Source: Lama glama (lineage: Eukaryota). From it: 64,000 nucleotides of DNA. The translations under genes were made by a program, and so were the position numbers. The notes under the pieces were generated by a model. That model was given only the letters and a program-made list of their open reading frames with translations. It had not been told where the DNA came from and did not search any database. This document shows, piece after piece, positions 53,001 to 64,000 of this stretch (position 1 is the stretch's first letter; each line of letters opens with the position of its first letter). The stretch covers positions 29,018,001 through 29,082,000 of the forward strand of contig CM052818.1 of assembly GCA_028534125.1 (NCBI GenBank), given 5' to 3'.

Positions 53001-55680
53001 AAGTGCTAACCATAGCAATCAGACAAGAAAAAGAAATAAAAGGGATCCAAATTGGAAGAGAAGAGGCAAAACTGTCACTATATGTAGATGACATGATACT
53101 ATATGCAAAAACCCTAAAGGCTCCACATAAAAACTACTAGAGCTGATAAGAGAATACAGCAAGGCAGCAGGATACAAGATTAACATACAGAAATCAGTTG
53201 CATTTCTTTACATTAACAATGAAATATCAGAAAAGGAAAGTAAACAAGCAATCCCTTTTAAAATTACATCCAAAAAAATAAAATACTTAGGAATAAATCT
53301 AACCAGGGAGGTAAAAGACTTATACATGGAGAACTACAAAATATTGATTAAGGAAATTAAAGATGACTTAAAGAAGTGGAAAAATAACCCTTGCTCTTGG
53401 GGTGGAAAAATTAATATCATTAAAACAGCCATACTACCCAAAGCAACCTACACATATAACGCAATTCCTATGAAACTACCCATGACATTTTTAACAGAAC
53501 TAGAACAAATAATCTTGAAATTTACATGAAATCACAGAAGACCAAGAATTGCAAAAGCAATACAGAAGAAAAAGAACACAGTGGAGAAATAACCCTTCCA
53601 GACTTTAGACAATACTACAGAGCTACAGTAATCAAAACTGCATGGTACTGGCACAAAAAAAGACATATGGATCAATGGAATAGAATAGAGCACCCAAAAC
53701 TAAACCCACAGATTTACACCATACACAAAAATAAACTCAAAATGGCTTAAAGAATTAAACATAAGACAAAGACACTATAACCTCCTAGAAAAAAACATAG
53801 GCAAAACATCATCTTGACATAAATCTGAACAATATTTTCCTAGGGCAGTCTACCCAGGCAATAGAAATAAAAGCAAGAATAAACAAATAGGACCTAATTA
53901 AACTTATAAGCTTTTGCACAGTGAAGGAAACCACAAGCAAAACAAAACAACAACCTACAGAATGGGAGAAAGTATTTACAAAAGATGAAACTGACAAGGG
54001 CTTAGTTTCCAGAATGCATAAACAGCTCATACAACTTAACAAGAAAAAAAACAAAGAACCCAATCCAAAAGTAGGCAGAAGACCTAAATAAGCAATTCTC
54101 TAATGAAGACATACAAATGGCCAACAAGCACATTAAAAAAAAAAAGCTCAATATCACTAATTATCAGAGAAATAGAAATCAAAACTACAATGAAGAATCA
54201 CCTCACATCAGTCAGAATGGCCATCATTAAAAAGTCCACAAATGATAATGCTGGAGAAGGTTTGGAGAAAAGGGAATCCTCCTTCACTTTCGGTGAGAAT
54301 GTAGTTTGGTGTAGCCATTATGGAAAAGAGTATTGAGATTTTTCAAAATACTGAAAATAGACTTACCATTTGATTCAGTAATTCCACTCCTGGGCATATA
54401 TCCAGAGGGAACTCTAGTTCAAAAAGATACATTGTGCCTCAATGTTCACAGCAGCACTATTTACAATAGCAAAGAGATGGAAACAACCTAAATGTCCATC
54501 AACAGATGACTGGATAAAGAAACTATGGTATATTAATATGACAGACTACTACTTAGCCATTAAAAAGAATAAAATAATGCCATTTGCAGCAACATACATG
54601 GACCTGGAGATTGTCACTCTAAGTGAAATAAGCCAGAAAGAGAAAGAAAAATACCATATGATATCACTCATATATGGAATATAAAAAAAAGACAAATGAC
54701 CCTATTTACAAATCAGAAACAGACTCACAGACATAGAAAATAAACTCACGGTTACTAGCAGGGGATAGAGTGTGGGAAAGGATAAATTGGGAGTTCGTAA
54801 TTTGCAGATACTACCATACATAAAATACGTAAACAACAAGCTTCTTCTGTATAGCACAGGGAACTATATTCAATATCTTGTAGTATTCTATTTAGAAAAA
54901 AATGAAAACAAATGTATGTATATGTATGACTGAAACATTATGCTGTATACCAGAAATTGACACATTATAAACTGACTGAACTACAATTTAAAAAAAAAAT
55001 GTAATTCTAAAAAAATGTTCAAGTAAATCACAGGAATGCAAGAAAAAGAAAACAGAAATAAAAAACAGAACAAACCAAAATTAAAAAAAAAAGCAGCAGA
55101 CTTCATCTATAACATATGAATAATTACATTTAATGTAAATTATAAAAATACACCAATTAAAAGAGACTGGAAAAGTGGATTTAAAAATATGACCCACTTA
55201 TATACTGTCTATAAAAAATTCACATCAACTATAATGATCAAGACAGGTTGAAAATAAAAGTATGGAAAATACAATATGCAAACATTAATCAAAAGAAAGC
55301 AAAAATGGCTGTATTAATACCAGACAACGTAGACTTCAAAACAAAGAAAATTACCAGAGAGAGAGAGGGACATTATCATGTAATGATAAATGGGTCAATA
55401 CTCCAAGAAAACACAGCAGTCTTCAATATGTATGCACCCAACCAAACAGCTGCAAAATATATGCAGCAAAACTGGTAAAGTGAAAGGAGAAACTGACAAG
55501 TCCACATTTATAGTTTTGGACTTTCACACCCATCTCTCACAAATTGATAGAACTATATCCAGTAAGGATACAGAACTCAAATACAGCAGCCAACAAGTGA
55601 TAAACCATTCCACCTACCAAAAACTGAATACACATTATTTTCAAGGAACATATACCAAGACAGACCATATTCTATCCATA
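50040..55680 (+). mobile_element. Old L1: 5' UTR, ORF1 relic, long inter-ORF and ORF2 endonuclease start; split by a younger L1
   Basis: ORF1-like 51000-51850; ORF 55248-55478 (NQKKAKMAVLIPDNVDFK..EGHY..NMYAPN) is L1 APE endonuclease. Confidence 0.85.
52229..54998 (+). mobile_element. Younger 5'-truncated L1 (RT + C-terminal ORF2, 3' UTR, A-tail)
   Basis: RT motifs [54 protein letters not shown] atgtaattcta at 52218-52228 and 54999-55009. Confidence 0.97.
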
Positions 55681-55779
55681 CCCCAACCTCTTCCTTTTGT
55701 CAATATTCCCTACTGATCCACTCTACAAAAAGGCAACCTACCTTCTCAACCAATCTCTCTGCATTCAAAACTTAGAGAT

Positions 55780-55960
55780 GCAATATATATGTCTGTGTCT
55801 GTGTATGTATGTACATATATACATACATACACACACACAAAACTATGCATTTCCATGTTATCCCCCAACCCCAAAGGATATATATAGATGTATGTGTGTA
55901 TGAATGTATGTATGTATGTATGTATGTATTTCTTTCCATATATACATATATATCTGAATA
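55780..55960. repeat. (TA)/(CA)/(TATG)n low-complexity tract
   Basis: Direct reading; (TATG)n around 55905-55929. Confidence 0.85.
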
Positions 55961-56385
55961 TATTTATTTATCTGCTTTGGGACATTCTAGTCATCAGATC
56001 CCTAGTCACTGGGAAAAAAGAAAAGGTAAAGGAGCCTCAAATAAATCTCCCCAAAGGATACAACTCCACTTATTCTAGAATTTCATGGCTTGTTCAGAAA
56101 AGAAGTAGGATTAAATGGAATCTTGAATCCAAACCATGTAAATGGCACAGACCAGAGCTATCAAGATGTTTTAGCTCCTGCACAGGAAGTTCTTGTTTAA
56201 GGTATCTTCCAAAACTGGGACTGATCAAGCATTAAAAAAGAAAGATCAAGTAACTGGTATGACTGCTGTTTTAATTAGATTTAGCAACCAAATTTCATTA
56301 TAAAGCCTAAAACTACAAGTAAGAAAGGGGAAAATGATTCTCTTTCAAGTGTACATTAATTTTACGGCACCATTTAGAAAATTAC

Positions 56386-56496
56386 CTCATCCAGTGTACT
56401 GAATTGCCCAGAAGAGTTATTATATTTCTCCAAAATGAGAGATTTATTATTTTCTAACCAGTTGTACCAAGTCCAATTAGAAGCAGAATATAACTT
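56386..56496 (-). CDS. Candidate internal exon, 111 nt, phase 0/0: KLYSASNWTWYNWLENNKSLILEKYNNSSGQFSTLDE (unidentified)
   Basis: Acceptor ...cctattttaaatatctag|, donor GAG|gtaatt, open frame; acceptor only moderate. Confidence 0.22.
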
Positions 56497-57891
56497 CTAG
56501 ATATTTAAAATAGGACAGGCCAAGATTATAAAGGCCAACTGAGTAATTTATAGGAATTTTTTAATATACTGCTAATACTCCATCAAGATACATTAAACTG
56601 CCACTTTGGAGAGTAATTTTCATTATATATAGATATAAGCTGTCCTTTTCTTCATTGTCACTCCCTGAAGGCTCTGTGTGTCTGTGTTTATGTGTGTGTT
56701 TCAGTGTTGATATCAGAGCTGAACAAAAATTTATTAGTCAGTTTGAAACTGTTCTATTGAATTATTCTTTTTGTTGTTCATTTTTTTTCTTTCACTGTTT
56801 TCATATGCTATGACATCATAGAGCAAGCACATCAGCACACTCTTTTTCTCTTACATAAATTATTGGATAGTGAAAATATAAACACAGTTGTCTTGGGAGA
56901 CAAATCTAAATCATAAAGCCAAGTTTTCTCCTTGATTTTACCTTAAGTACAATACGAATTTGTAAAAAAAAAAAAAAGTATCCCACTAGGATTCAGCAAC
57001 AAGATATAAATGCTCAGTGTAACCACTGAGTTCCTCAGTTTCCCACTGCAGGATGTGAATGTCAAGATCTCCCTTCTTTCTGCCTCATAAAGGAATTGTG
57101 CAATTTAAACTGACTCACAGGCATGAAGTACTGTTGAGTCCCTTGGGGTCAGGGGATGACAAAGAAATTTGCAGTCATATTATTTACAGTAACAGTTACA
57201 TTGTGTTTCATCTAAGTAGGTCTTTATAAACCTTAATTATTTTCCTTAAACCCCTGTGGATAAGGCTCTTTTGCTCATTTCACAAGTTAAAATTCAGACA
57301 CTGGGAAGTTAAGTGGTTTGCCCCAACCATATAACCCCCCGAAATTAGACTGACACTCACTGCAGTAAGGAAGCAAAACTGAAGCATCCATAGGCCTTAT
57401 AAATAGAATCATTGTATAGGATCTTTAATGTATGGTTGAGTTACATGCTTCTGTTGCAAGGAGCCAGAAAGATTCTTTAAAAATTTTATTTTTGAAAGAC
57501 TGTGGATTTTTCAATTGGAGAAAAAGGAGAGAGAAAACATTGAACAATAGAGTCAAAATCATTATCCCTGTTTTTAATGGAAATGTGGACTCGAGAGTTT
57601 ACCTTTACTTGCCCTTGTTTGAAATCATGCCTAGGCTGTCTCCCTTCCAATCAGCTGGCACAGTTTGTTTTGTTTTAAACAGCTTAGCTGGAAATTGCTC
57701 CCCTTTCTAAGCTCTCCTTGACAAAACATTTTGTTAAAAAAAAAAAAAACTGTTACTGGTATGAAGCATATGTTCCCTAGCTGAATGTTTAAATATTAGC
57801 TAAGTGAAGCTGTAAGAAGAAAAATAAGTACAGTGTTTTCCTTATGCATTTTGGGATTCTTGTTTACAGTGGGTGGAATTCCACAACTCAC

Positions 57892-57981
57892 TATGAAGGA
57901 GTAAAACTGGATGTTCTCTTTGGTTTCTTGGCCGTTCTCCACACTGTGTCTTACATATATGAGCTGCAGGCCTTTGCACAG
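57892..57981 (-). CDS. Candidate internal exon, 90 nt, phase 0/0: LCKGLQLIYVRHSVENGQETKENIQFYSFI (unidentified)
   Basis: Strong acceptor gtttctctctttttaccctatccag|, donor ATA|gtgagt, open frame, unique sequence. Confidence 0.35.
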
Positions 57982-58547
57982 CTGGATAGGGTAAAAAGAG
58001 AGAAACTGACACAAGCAATAAAACAACAGTGGCCCTCAAACCATCTCTCTTGGGTTTTGGTTTGTTTGCTTGTTCATTTGTTTTCCTGGCACTTCTTTTC
58101 TTGATTTTATTTTCAATTCCTTGGCAACACAAGAGAGGAAGACCACTAAGACGTATTAAACTTTGTGAAGCTTCAGAAGAAGCCACAAAATATTCTTTTA
58201 GATAACTGTTGTTTTTTTTTTTTTTTTGACTAAAAACCCAGACACTGGGAAGTAGAGGATTTGGAAATGAGACAAAGAACAGTGAAATCTAGAGGCATCT
58301 CCCTTCATCTTCCTTCTTTGGGCTGTAATATGGAATTATGTAAATACATGTTGCATTTCCAGGCAGTAATGTATGTTGTTAGGGAAGAATTCTGCAAGAA
58401 GAGTGCCATTTACCTGGTTATACCCACCCATGGTCTCATCAATAAGAGCCCAACAAGTTAATCTGGACCCAGGAAGTTGCATAAAAATGAGACTTCATGA
58501 AGGCTGGATTTGTGAGAATGCCAAGAATTAACATGAAATTGTTACAA

Positions 58548-59258
58548 GTTCAGGCTCTGAATCATATTAGATCTTTATCATCTTAAATTTCACATCTTAG
58601 ATCTTTCATCTACTAATCATTACACTGGGCAAACTACTTACCCTATCAAACCTCTATTTTCATAGAAGCACTATTCGTAACAGCCAAAAAGTGTTCATCA
58701 ACCCAAATGTTCATCAACTGATGAATGGATAAGCAAAATGTGCATCATCCATACAATGGAATACTATTCATCCATAAAAAGGAATGGAGCAATGACACAT
58801 GCTACAAAGTAAATGAGCCTTGAAAATACACTAAGTGAAATAAACCAGTCACTTCCATTCATATGTATAATTCCATTTATATGACATGCGCAGAAGAAGT
58901 AAATTCACAGAGAGAAAGCAGATTAGTGGTTGCCAGGAGCTGGTAAGAAGGGAAAAATGAGAGTGGCTGTTTTGGCCACAAAGAAAATATGCTAAAATTA
59001 GATTGTGGTGATGGTTGCACAGCCTTGTGTATATAAAAAAAAATGACTGAATTATACACTTTAAAAGGGTTAGTTTTATGGTATGTGAATTATATTGCAG
59101 TTTGGGGAGAGGAGTAATCTGTTTCTCATCTGTTAAAGTATATTAATAATAGCGTCTCTCTCATAGGATTGTTGTAACAATTAAATAAAATAATATGAAT
59201 AATGCACATTAACACTGTGACCAGCACATAGTAAGTGCCAAATTAATGTTAATTATTA
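58548..59258 (+). mobile_element. MIR (58548-58660 and 59117-59258) split by an L1MB-like 3' fragment (58661-59100)
   Basis: MIR 'ctgggcaaactacttaccctatcaaacctctatttt' resumes as 'tctgtttctcatctgttaaa...cataggattgttgtaacaattaaat'; L1 'tccatacaatggaatactattcatccataaaaagg' lies between. Confidence 0.8.
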
Positions 59259-59456
59259 ATGAGAACTTGATTCAACTCACCATTCTTAGTTAAAATACTA
59301 CAAACTATATAAGAAATACGCAGTGAGTTCTCATCTAACCTCCAGGTTACCCCAACAATGATCTGGTGATTGACCCGAAACAGTGTGGTTAAAAAACTAT
59401 TTCTTCTCCAGTCTGCATCCTCTTCTGTGAAACTCATGCTTATCTTTTCCCAAAGT

Positions 59457-59662
59457 GGATGATCAGATTTAGCAGCTAAAATATAGGAAATTCAGTGAAA
59501 TTTGTATTTTAGACAAACAACTGATGATGTTTTATGTAGTATAAGTATGTCCTCCATGTTTCATAGAGCATACTTAAAATTATGTAACATTGGAAACATA
59601 CTTATGTTAAAAAAATTATTTATTTATCTAAAATTCAAATTTAGCTAGGCATCTGGCAACCC
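59457..59662. mobile_element. MER53-like palindromic MITE, near full length
   Basis: Ends ggatgatcagattt / atctggcaaccc; internal inverted arms 'tataagtatgt' / 'acatacttat' and 'aaatttgtattttagacaaa' / 'tttatctaaaattcaaattt'. Confidence 0.75.
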
Positions 59663-60495
59663 TCCCACCCATGAGGTCTGGACTAGGCTGGAAGGCCTCT
59701 TTCTGGTGTCACAGAAGGCTCTTACTATGATGCCTTAGTAAATGCCCATGTTCAAAGTCCACCCATGGGGTACTGCATACTTATTCACAGATTTCTACGG
59801 TGATTCCATTCCAATATGCTCTGGAAAATGATGGCCTCACACCTGAAGTCCTACAACTCTTCCACTTCTGAGATGTCTATGCCTGAGTCTGTTTTCTAAG
59901 GAGATGCTGTTTGCCAAGGAATCAGCATTTGTCTGCACTGTGGCAACAGAAGAAGCAGATTAAAACTCTCTTAGTCATAAAAGCTCTTCCTGTTGGGAGC
60001 GGAACAACTCCACTGTCGTAGCTCCTTTCTGGATAATACCTACATCTCTTTCCCAGCAATAACTGAGAAGAACTTAAGTATGTGCTATCTGTGGCTTACA
60101 CTAAAACACAAATATACGTTAAAAAAAAAAAAGTTCGACTGAAAGTGGCTACTGCTGAAAATAACCCCAGTCATTAGGTACAGTTAAAACATCAATTGCC
60201 AAAACTAAACCTTTAGATCTTTAAGAATAAGGTAAATGTTACATACAATAGTATAAATATAATGAATCTATCTGAAATTTAGCATTCAAAAGCAGCTCAT
60301 CACTATTCAATTTGATATTTTCCCATTCTTTTAGAAATTCTATTCTATCAGGAGATTTCTCACATTTTTAGCAAATGTTTCAATATGGTGGACCTCAGAG
60401 ACTGGTGAGAATCCGAATTTTATTCAGAGCAAGTGACTGTCCCATGTCAGTCATGGACAACTCAAGTCATAAATTATTCTGCAAAGTATCACTGA

Positions 60496-60657
60496 CAGGA
60501 CTAGCTACATAATTTGCAGGACCCAGTGCAAGATGAAAATGCAAGGCCCTTGTTCAGAAACCATTAAAAATTTCACAACGATGAAAGCAGAGCATTAAAC
60601 CAACTGCAGGTAGTTCTGTTCAACCTTACAAGTCACATGCCCATGAAACCAGCCCTA
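60496..60657 (-). mobile_element. MER45A (hAT-Tip100 MITE)
   Basis: 'caggactagctacataatttgcaggacccagtgcaagatgaaaatgcaaggcccttgttca...gcccatgaaaccagccct' is the reverse of recalled MER45A. Confidence 0.8.
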
Positions 60658-61739
60658 CCCACAGATATCACAGAAGCCAAACTGAGTCAACATTTTGAGA
60701 GTACACTTACTGATATTCCTCTTTCTGCAGGCCCAGTATTGAAATCATCTGATAAATAGTATTTTTTTCTTGATCTCATTTGATGGCTTCACCTATCCTC
60801 TCAACCCTAAAAGAATAAACTATGTCCATTGGCACGTTAGGTATTTTGAACTATGTGATGTGAATGTATTATCTACTCAAAAATGAATACATTTAAAGAG
60901 AGATTTGGAGTCTCACATTAAACCTAGCTAAAAAAGCAACATGCATTTAGAATGTATACAGGAGCCACCACTGGGGTGTTTTACTTTCCTATTTTTTATG
61001 CAGTATGACTCAAAGGAAAGATATTTCTTAAGAACAATCATGATATATTCCAGGATGCTTTTAATAGAATTTACAAGGTAGAATGAATAAGGTAAAACCA
61101 TTTCTGTGCCCCAAAAGGTACTTCACCTCCTAATGCACAGTATTTTTTCAGTTTGAGTTTATTGTGAATTATATGACAATACAGTTCCCATCTTGATTTA
61201 GCAATTAAGGACCTAATTCAAGTTCAACGTTTTAACTGTTGGGGCTCTTTGACACATTTCTGTGTTCTAAAGTTCCTGTAAGGTTTATATTCTTATCTTA
61301 GGATTTATTTTTCATGGATTTCATTTTCATACATCTTTATTTTTTTTTCTTTTATTCTATGATCCTTTTAAACCACAAGAACTATTTTGTACAATGAAGT
61401 GGATAATTCTCAGCATTTATCCCAGAAAATAACAATGAATGTAGCAGAATTGAGTTAAAAGGTTTTGTACTGTTTTTGGTAGTATCAGCGGGCCTTGTGT
61501 GTGTCTTAAAGAACAGCTCACTCAACAAGGAAAAAGAATATTAAGAATAAAACTATGTATTCATAGAAAAAATGAATAATTGTGTAAGTCTAGAAACAAG
61601 CTCCAAACCAAGCTACATATTTATGATCAGATAAAATTTAAAAGCAAGGCATAAACTTTCAACCTCCTACTAACACAACTACCAGACTTGGTCCTGATTC
61701 AGATTAGAACTAACATCTGGGAATATTATCAGTCTCACC

Positions 61740-62350
61740 TGTAAATAGCACCTGCACATTTTTCTGTTCATAGTGTTATGGGTAATTGTGAAAAATTAGG
61801 AACAACCTAAATGACCAACCAAAAGGGAATACGTAAGTAAATTATCTATCCAAAGAACAGAATATTATGCAACCATTAAAAATAATTATTTCAAAAAGTG
61901 TAATCACAGGATGACTAGTTAACACTGCTCTATGGTATATTTGAAAGTTGCCAAGAAAGTAAATCCTAGAAGTTCTGATCACAAGGAAAAACACTTTATT
62001 TTTTGGTATCTATATGAAGTGATGAATGTTAACTAATCTTATTGTGGTAATCACTTCACAATATACTTACGTCAAATCAATATACTGTATACCTTAAACA
62101 TACACATTGCTGTGTCAATTTTATCTCAATGAAACTGAAAAAAAAGCAAAGCATAATGTCATAGTAAACATTTCAGATATAATGTGGAGTAAACAGAATA
62201 TAATTTTGTTAAATTGATCCAGGGAATAAGGGTTAAGGAGAAGAATAGTTACGTGTTCTTCCCCACACATGGTCGGGTTGAAAGTAATTTTACTTTCTTT
62301 ATTATAACTTATTCCAGTTACAAAAACTTCTGCAATAAATATGCATTATT
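61740..62350 (+). mobile_element. Old L1ME-like 3' relic with nested L1MA9-like 3' end (61908-62145)
   Basis: 'aaaattaggaacaacctaaatgacc'; 'ttgaaagttgccaagaaagtaaatcctagaagttctgatcacaag...tgtcaattttatctcaatgaaactgaaaaaaaa'. Confidence 0.75.
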
Positions 62351-63304
62351 TTATAAATATGAGGGAAGTTATTTTTTAAGACAAATCAAGATTTTCCACA
62401 ATCAAACCCTTGAATTCAGTAAATATGCCAATATACAGGCATCCTTCCTAAATTACAGCTCCATTCACGTCACCCAAGGGAGAAATGTCCAACTACAAAA
62501 ATGCCTAAACAAAAGATGTGCCTCAGAGATCTACAGAAACACAACATCCAAATTAATTAAGGCAACATATATGGACTTGAATCTTAAATTCAGCAATCTG
62601 GAAGAAGAGCAGGTACATAAAAAAATGAGACATTTGACCAAACTGAACACACAATTTTGATCAGTGTTAAAGGCCCATATATAGGCCTTTCGAAAAAAAT
62701 AGGAATGGTAAATAAGGACATAATTTGTAAACCAGGGCCCTCAATGTTCTTTCTTGTCACTGGACTCCATATGAAAAGAATACAGAATCGTTTCAACACC
62801 CTGCATCACATAGGTAACACTGCCAGCACATTGTCACTTCCTGCAGCACTCCGAGCATAAAGGAACACACTGAAGGTGTGATCTGGATTCATGGACCCTA
62901 ATGAGCAAGAGCCTCAGTGATACAAAGCCAACAACCAAAAGTTTGAAAACTGTCTTCATCCTTTTACATCTGCGGAAATAACATATTTTACTCTGGATTT
63001 CAAACCTCTGGTTATAGCTCCAAACAAATAAATCAATAGTATTGCACAAGTACTAACTGCTCACCAATGTGACAGATGCAGCTGGTGGTTTATCGCAAAT
63101 GTAAGGTGGAGAGAAGTATCATTACTGTGTCTACCACGTGCTGGGGAGAAGGCTGGAGTCTGGAATCTAGACCAGGATAGCCCCTCCTGGAACCCCAAAA
63201 AGGAAATTTCCTGAATCCTTAGTTTTCTGTGTGATAGAATGGCTTTCAGGGCCTCAGAAGCAATATGCAATTTTCTCTGAGATCTTTTCTTACTTCTTTT
63301 AAAA

Positions 63305-64000
63305 CCATGCTCTGAAACTTACAACCAAGAGTATTCTATCCAGCAAGGCTCTCATTCAGTATGATGGAGAAATCAAAAGCTTCAGATACAAACAAAAGCT
63401 AAAAGATTTCAGCACCACCAAACCAGCTTTAGAACAAATGTTAAATGAACTTCTCTAGTCATCAAACCACAAGAGAAGAAAAAGAAAGGGAAAACAAGAC
63501 CTACGAAAACAAACCCAAAATAATTAACAAAATGGCAATAAGAACGTATGTATCAATAATGACCTTAAATGTAAATGGGTTAAATGCTCCAACCAAAAGA
63601 CACAGATTGGCTGAATGGATACAAAAACAAGACCCATATATATGCTATCTACAAGAGACCCACTTCAGAGCTAGAGACACATACAGGATGAAAGTAAGGG
63701 GATGAAAAAAGATGTTCTATGCCAACGGAAATCAAAAGAAAGCTGGAGTAGCCATACTTGTATCAGACAAAAATAAAATTTTAATAAATACTGTTACAAA
63801 AGACAAAGAAGGACACTACACAATGCTCAAGGGATCAATCCAAAAAGAGGACATAACAATTATAAATATATATGCACCCAACATAGAAGCACCTCAAAAT
63901 ATAAGGCAATTGTTAACAGACATAAAAGGAGAAATCAACAATAACACAATAATAGTGGGGGACTCTTAACACCCCACTTACATCAATGGACAGACCATTC
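63305..64000 (+). mobile_element. L1: ORF1 C-terminus, short spacer, ORF2 endonuclease N-terminus (ATG 63532); runs off the window; inactivated
   Basis: SIMTLNVNGLNAPTKRHRLAEWIQKQDPYICYLQETH; TGA at 63703-63705 in place of Trp; +1 frameshift in GDFNTPL near 63965. Confidence 0.96.

Noticed and set aside
52481..53140. 219-aa reverse-transcriptase ORF as a novel RT system
   Set aside because: Ordinary decayed LINE-1 ORF2 with frameshifts on both sides
57870..57990. Plus-strand 121-nt open exon (GWNSTTHYEG...AQLDR)
   Set aside because: Weak donor (AGG|gtaaaa); overlaps the better-supported minus-strand candidate and conflicts with the strand bias
60040..60135. Minus-strand acceptor after a poly-T run
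   Set aside because: Stops in all frames, weak donor; the T-run explains the pyrimidine tract
62214..62860. ORFs of 148 and 67 aa
   Set aside because: Non-ATG starts, partly in an L1 relic, no recognisable domain or splice support
1..64000. CRISPR array, operon, rRNA or CpG-island promoter
   Set aside because: No regularly spaced repeats, rRNA-like sequence or CpG-rich segment; the DNA is mammalian and repeat-rich

Overview
Mammalian (very probably camelid) genomic DNA: AT-rich, CpG-poor, no CpG island, dominated by interspersed repeats, with one 500-N assembly gap (23681-24180). Repeats recognised by eye: LINE-1 fragments of several ages, L2, CR1/L3, MIR, one vic-1-like tRNA-derived SINE, MaLR/ERVL/ERV1 LTRs, an ERVL pol relic, and hAT/Tigger DNA-transposon relics. 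Family names are from recalled consensus sequences and boundaries are approximate unless a target-site duplication (TSD) is given. No intact gene is present, and every recognisable ORF in the track is a decayed L1 ORF2 piece. L1s lie mostly on the + strand, which would fit an intron of a long minus-strand gene. The best non-repeat signals are three phase-compatible minus-strand exon candidates (56386-58462, protein not recognised), an RFX X-box at 42692-42704, and a perfect 22-bp inverted repeat at 12204-12267. I found no convincing evidence of a new biological system; the findings are leads.
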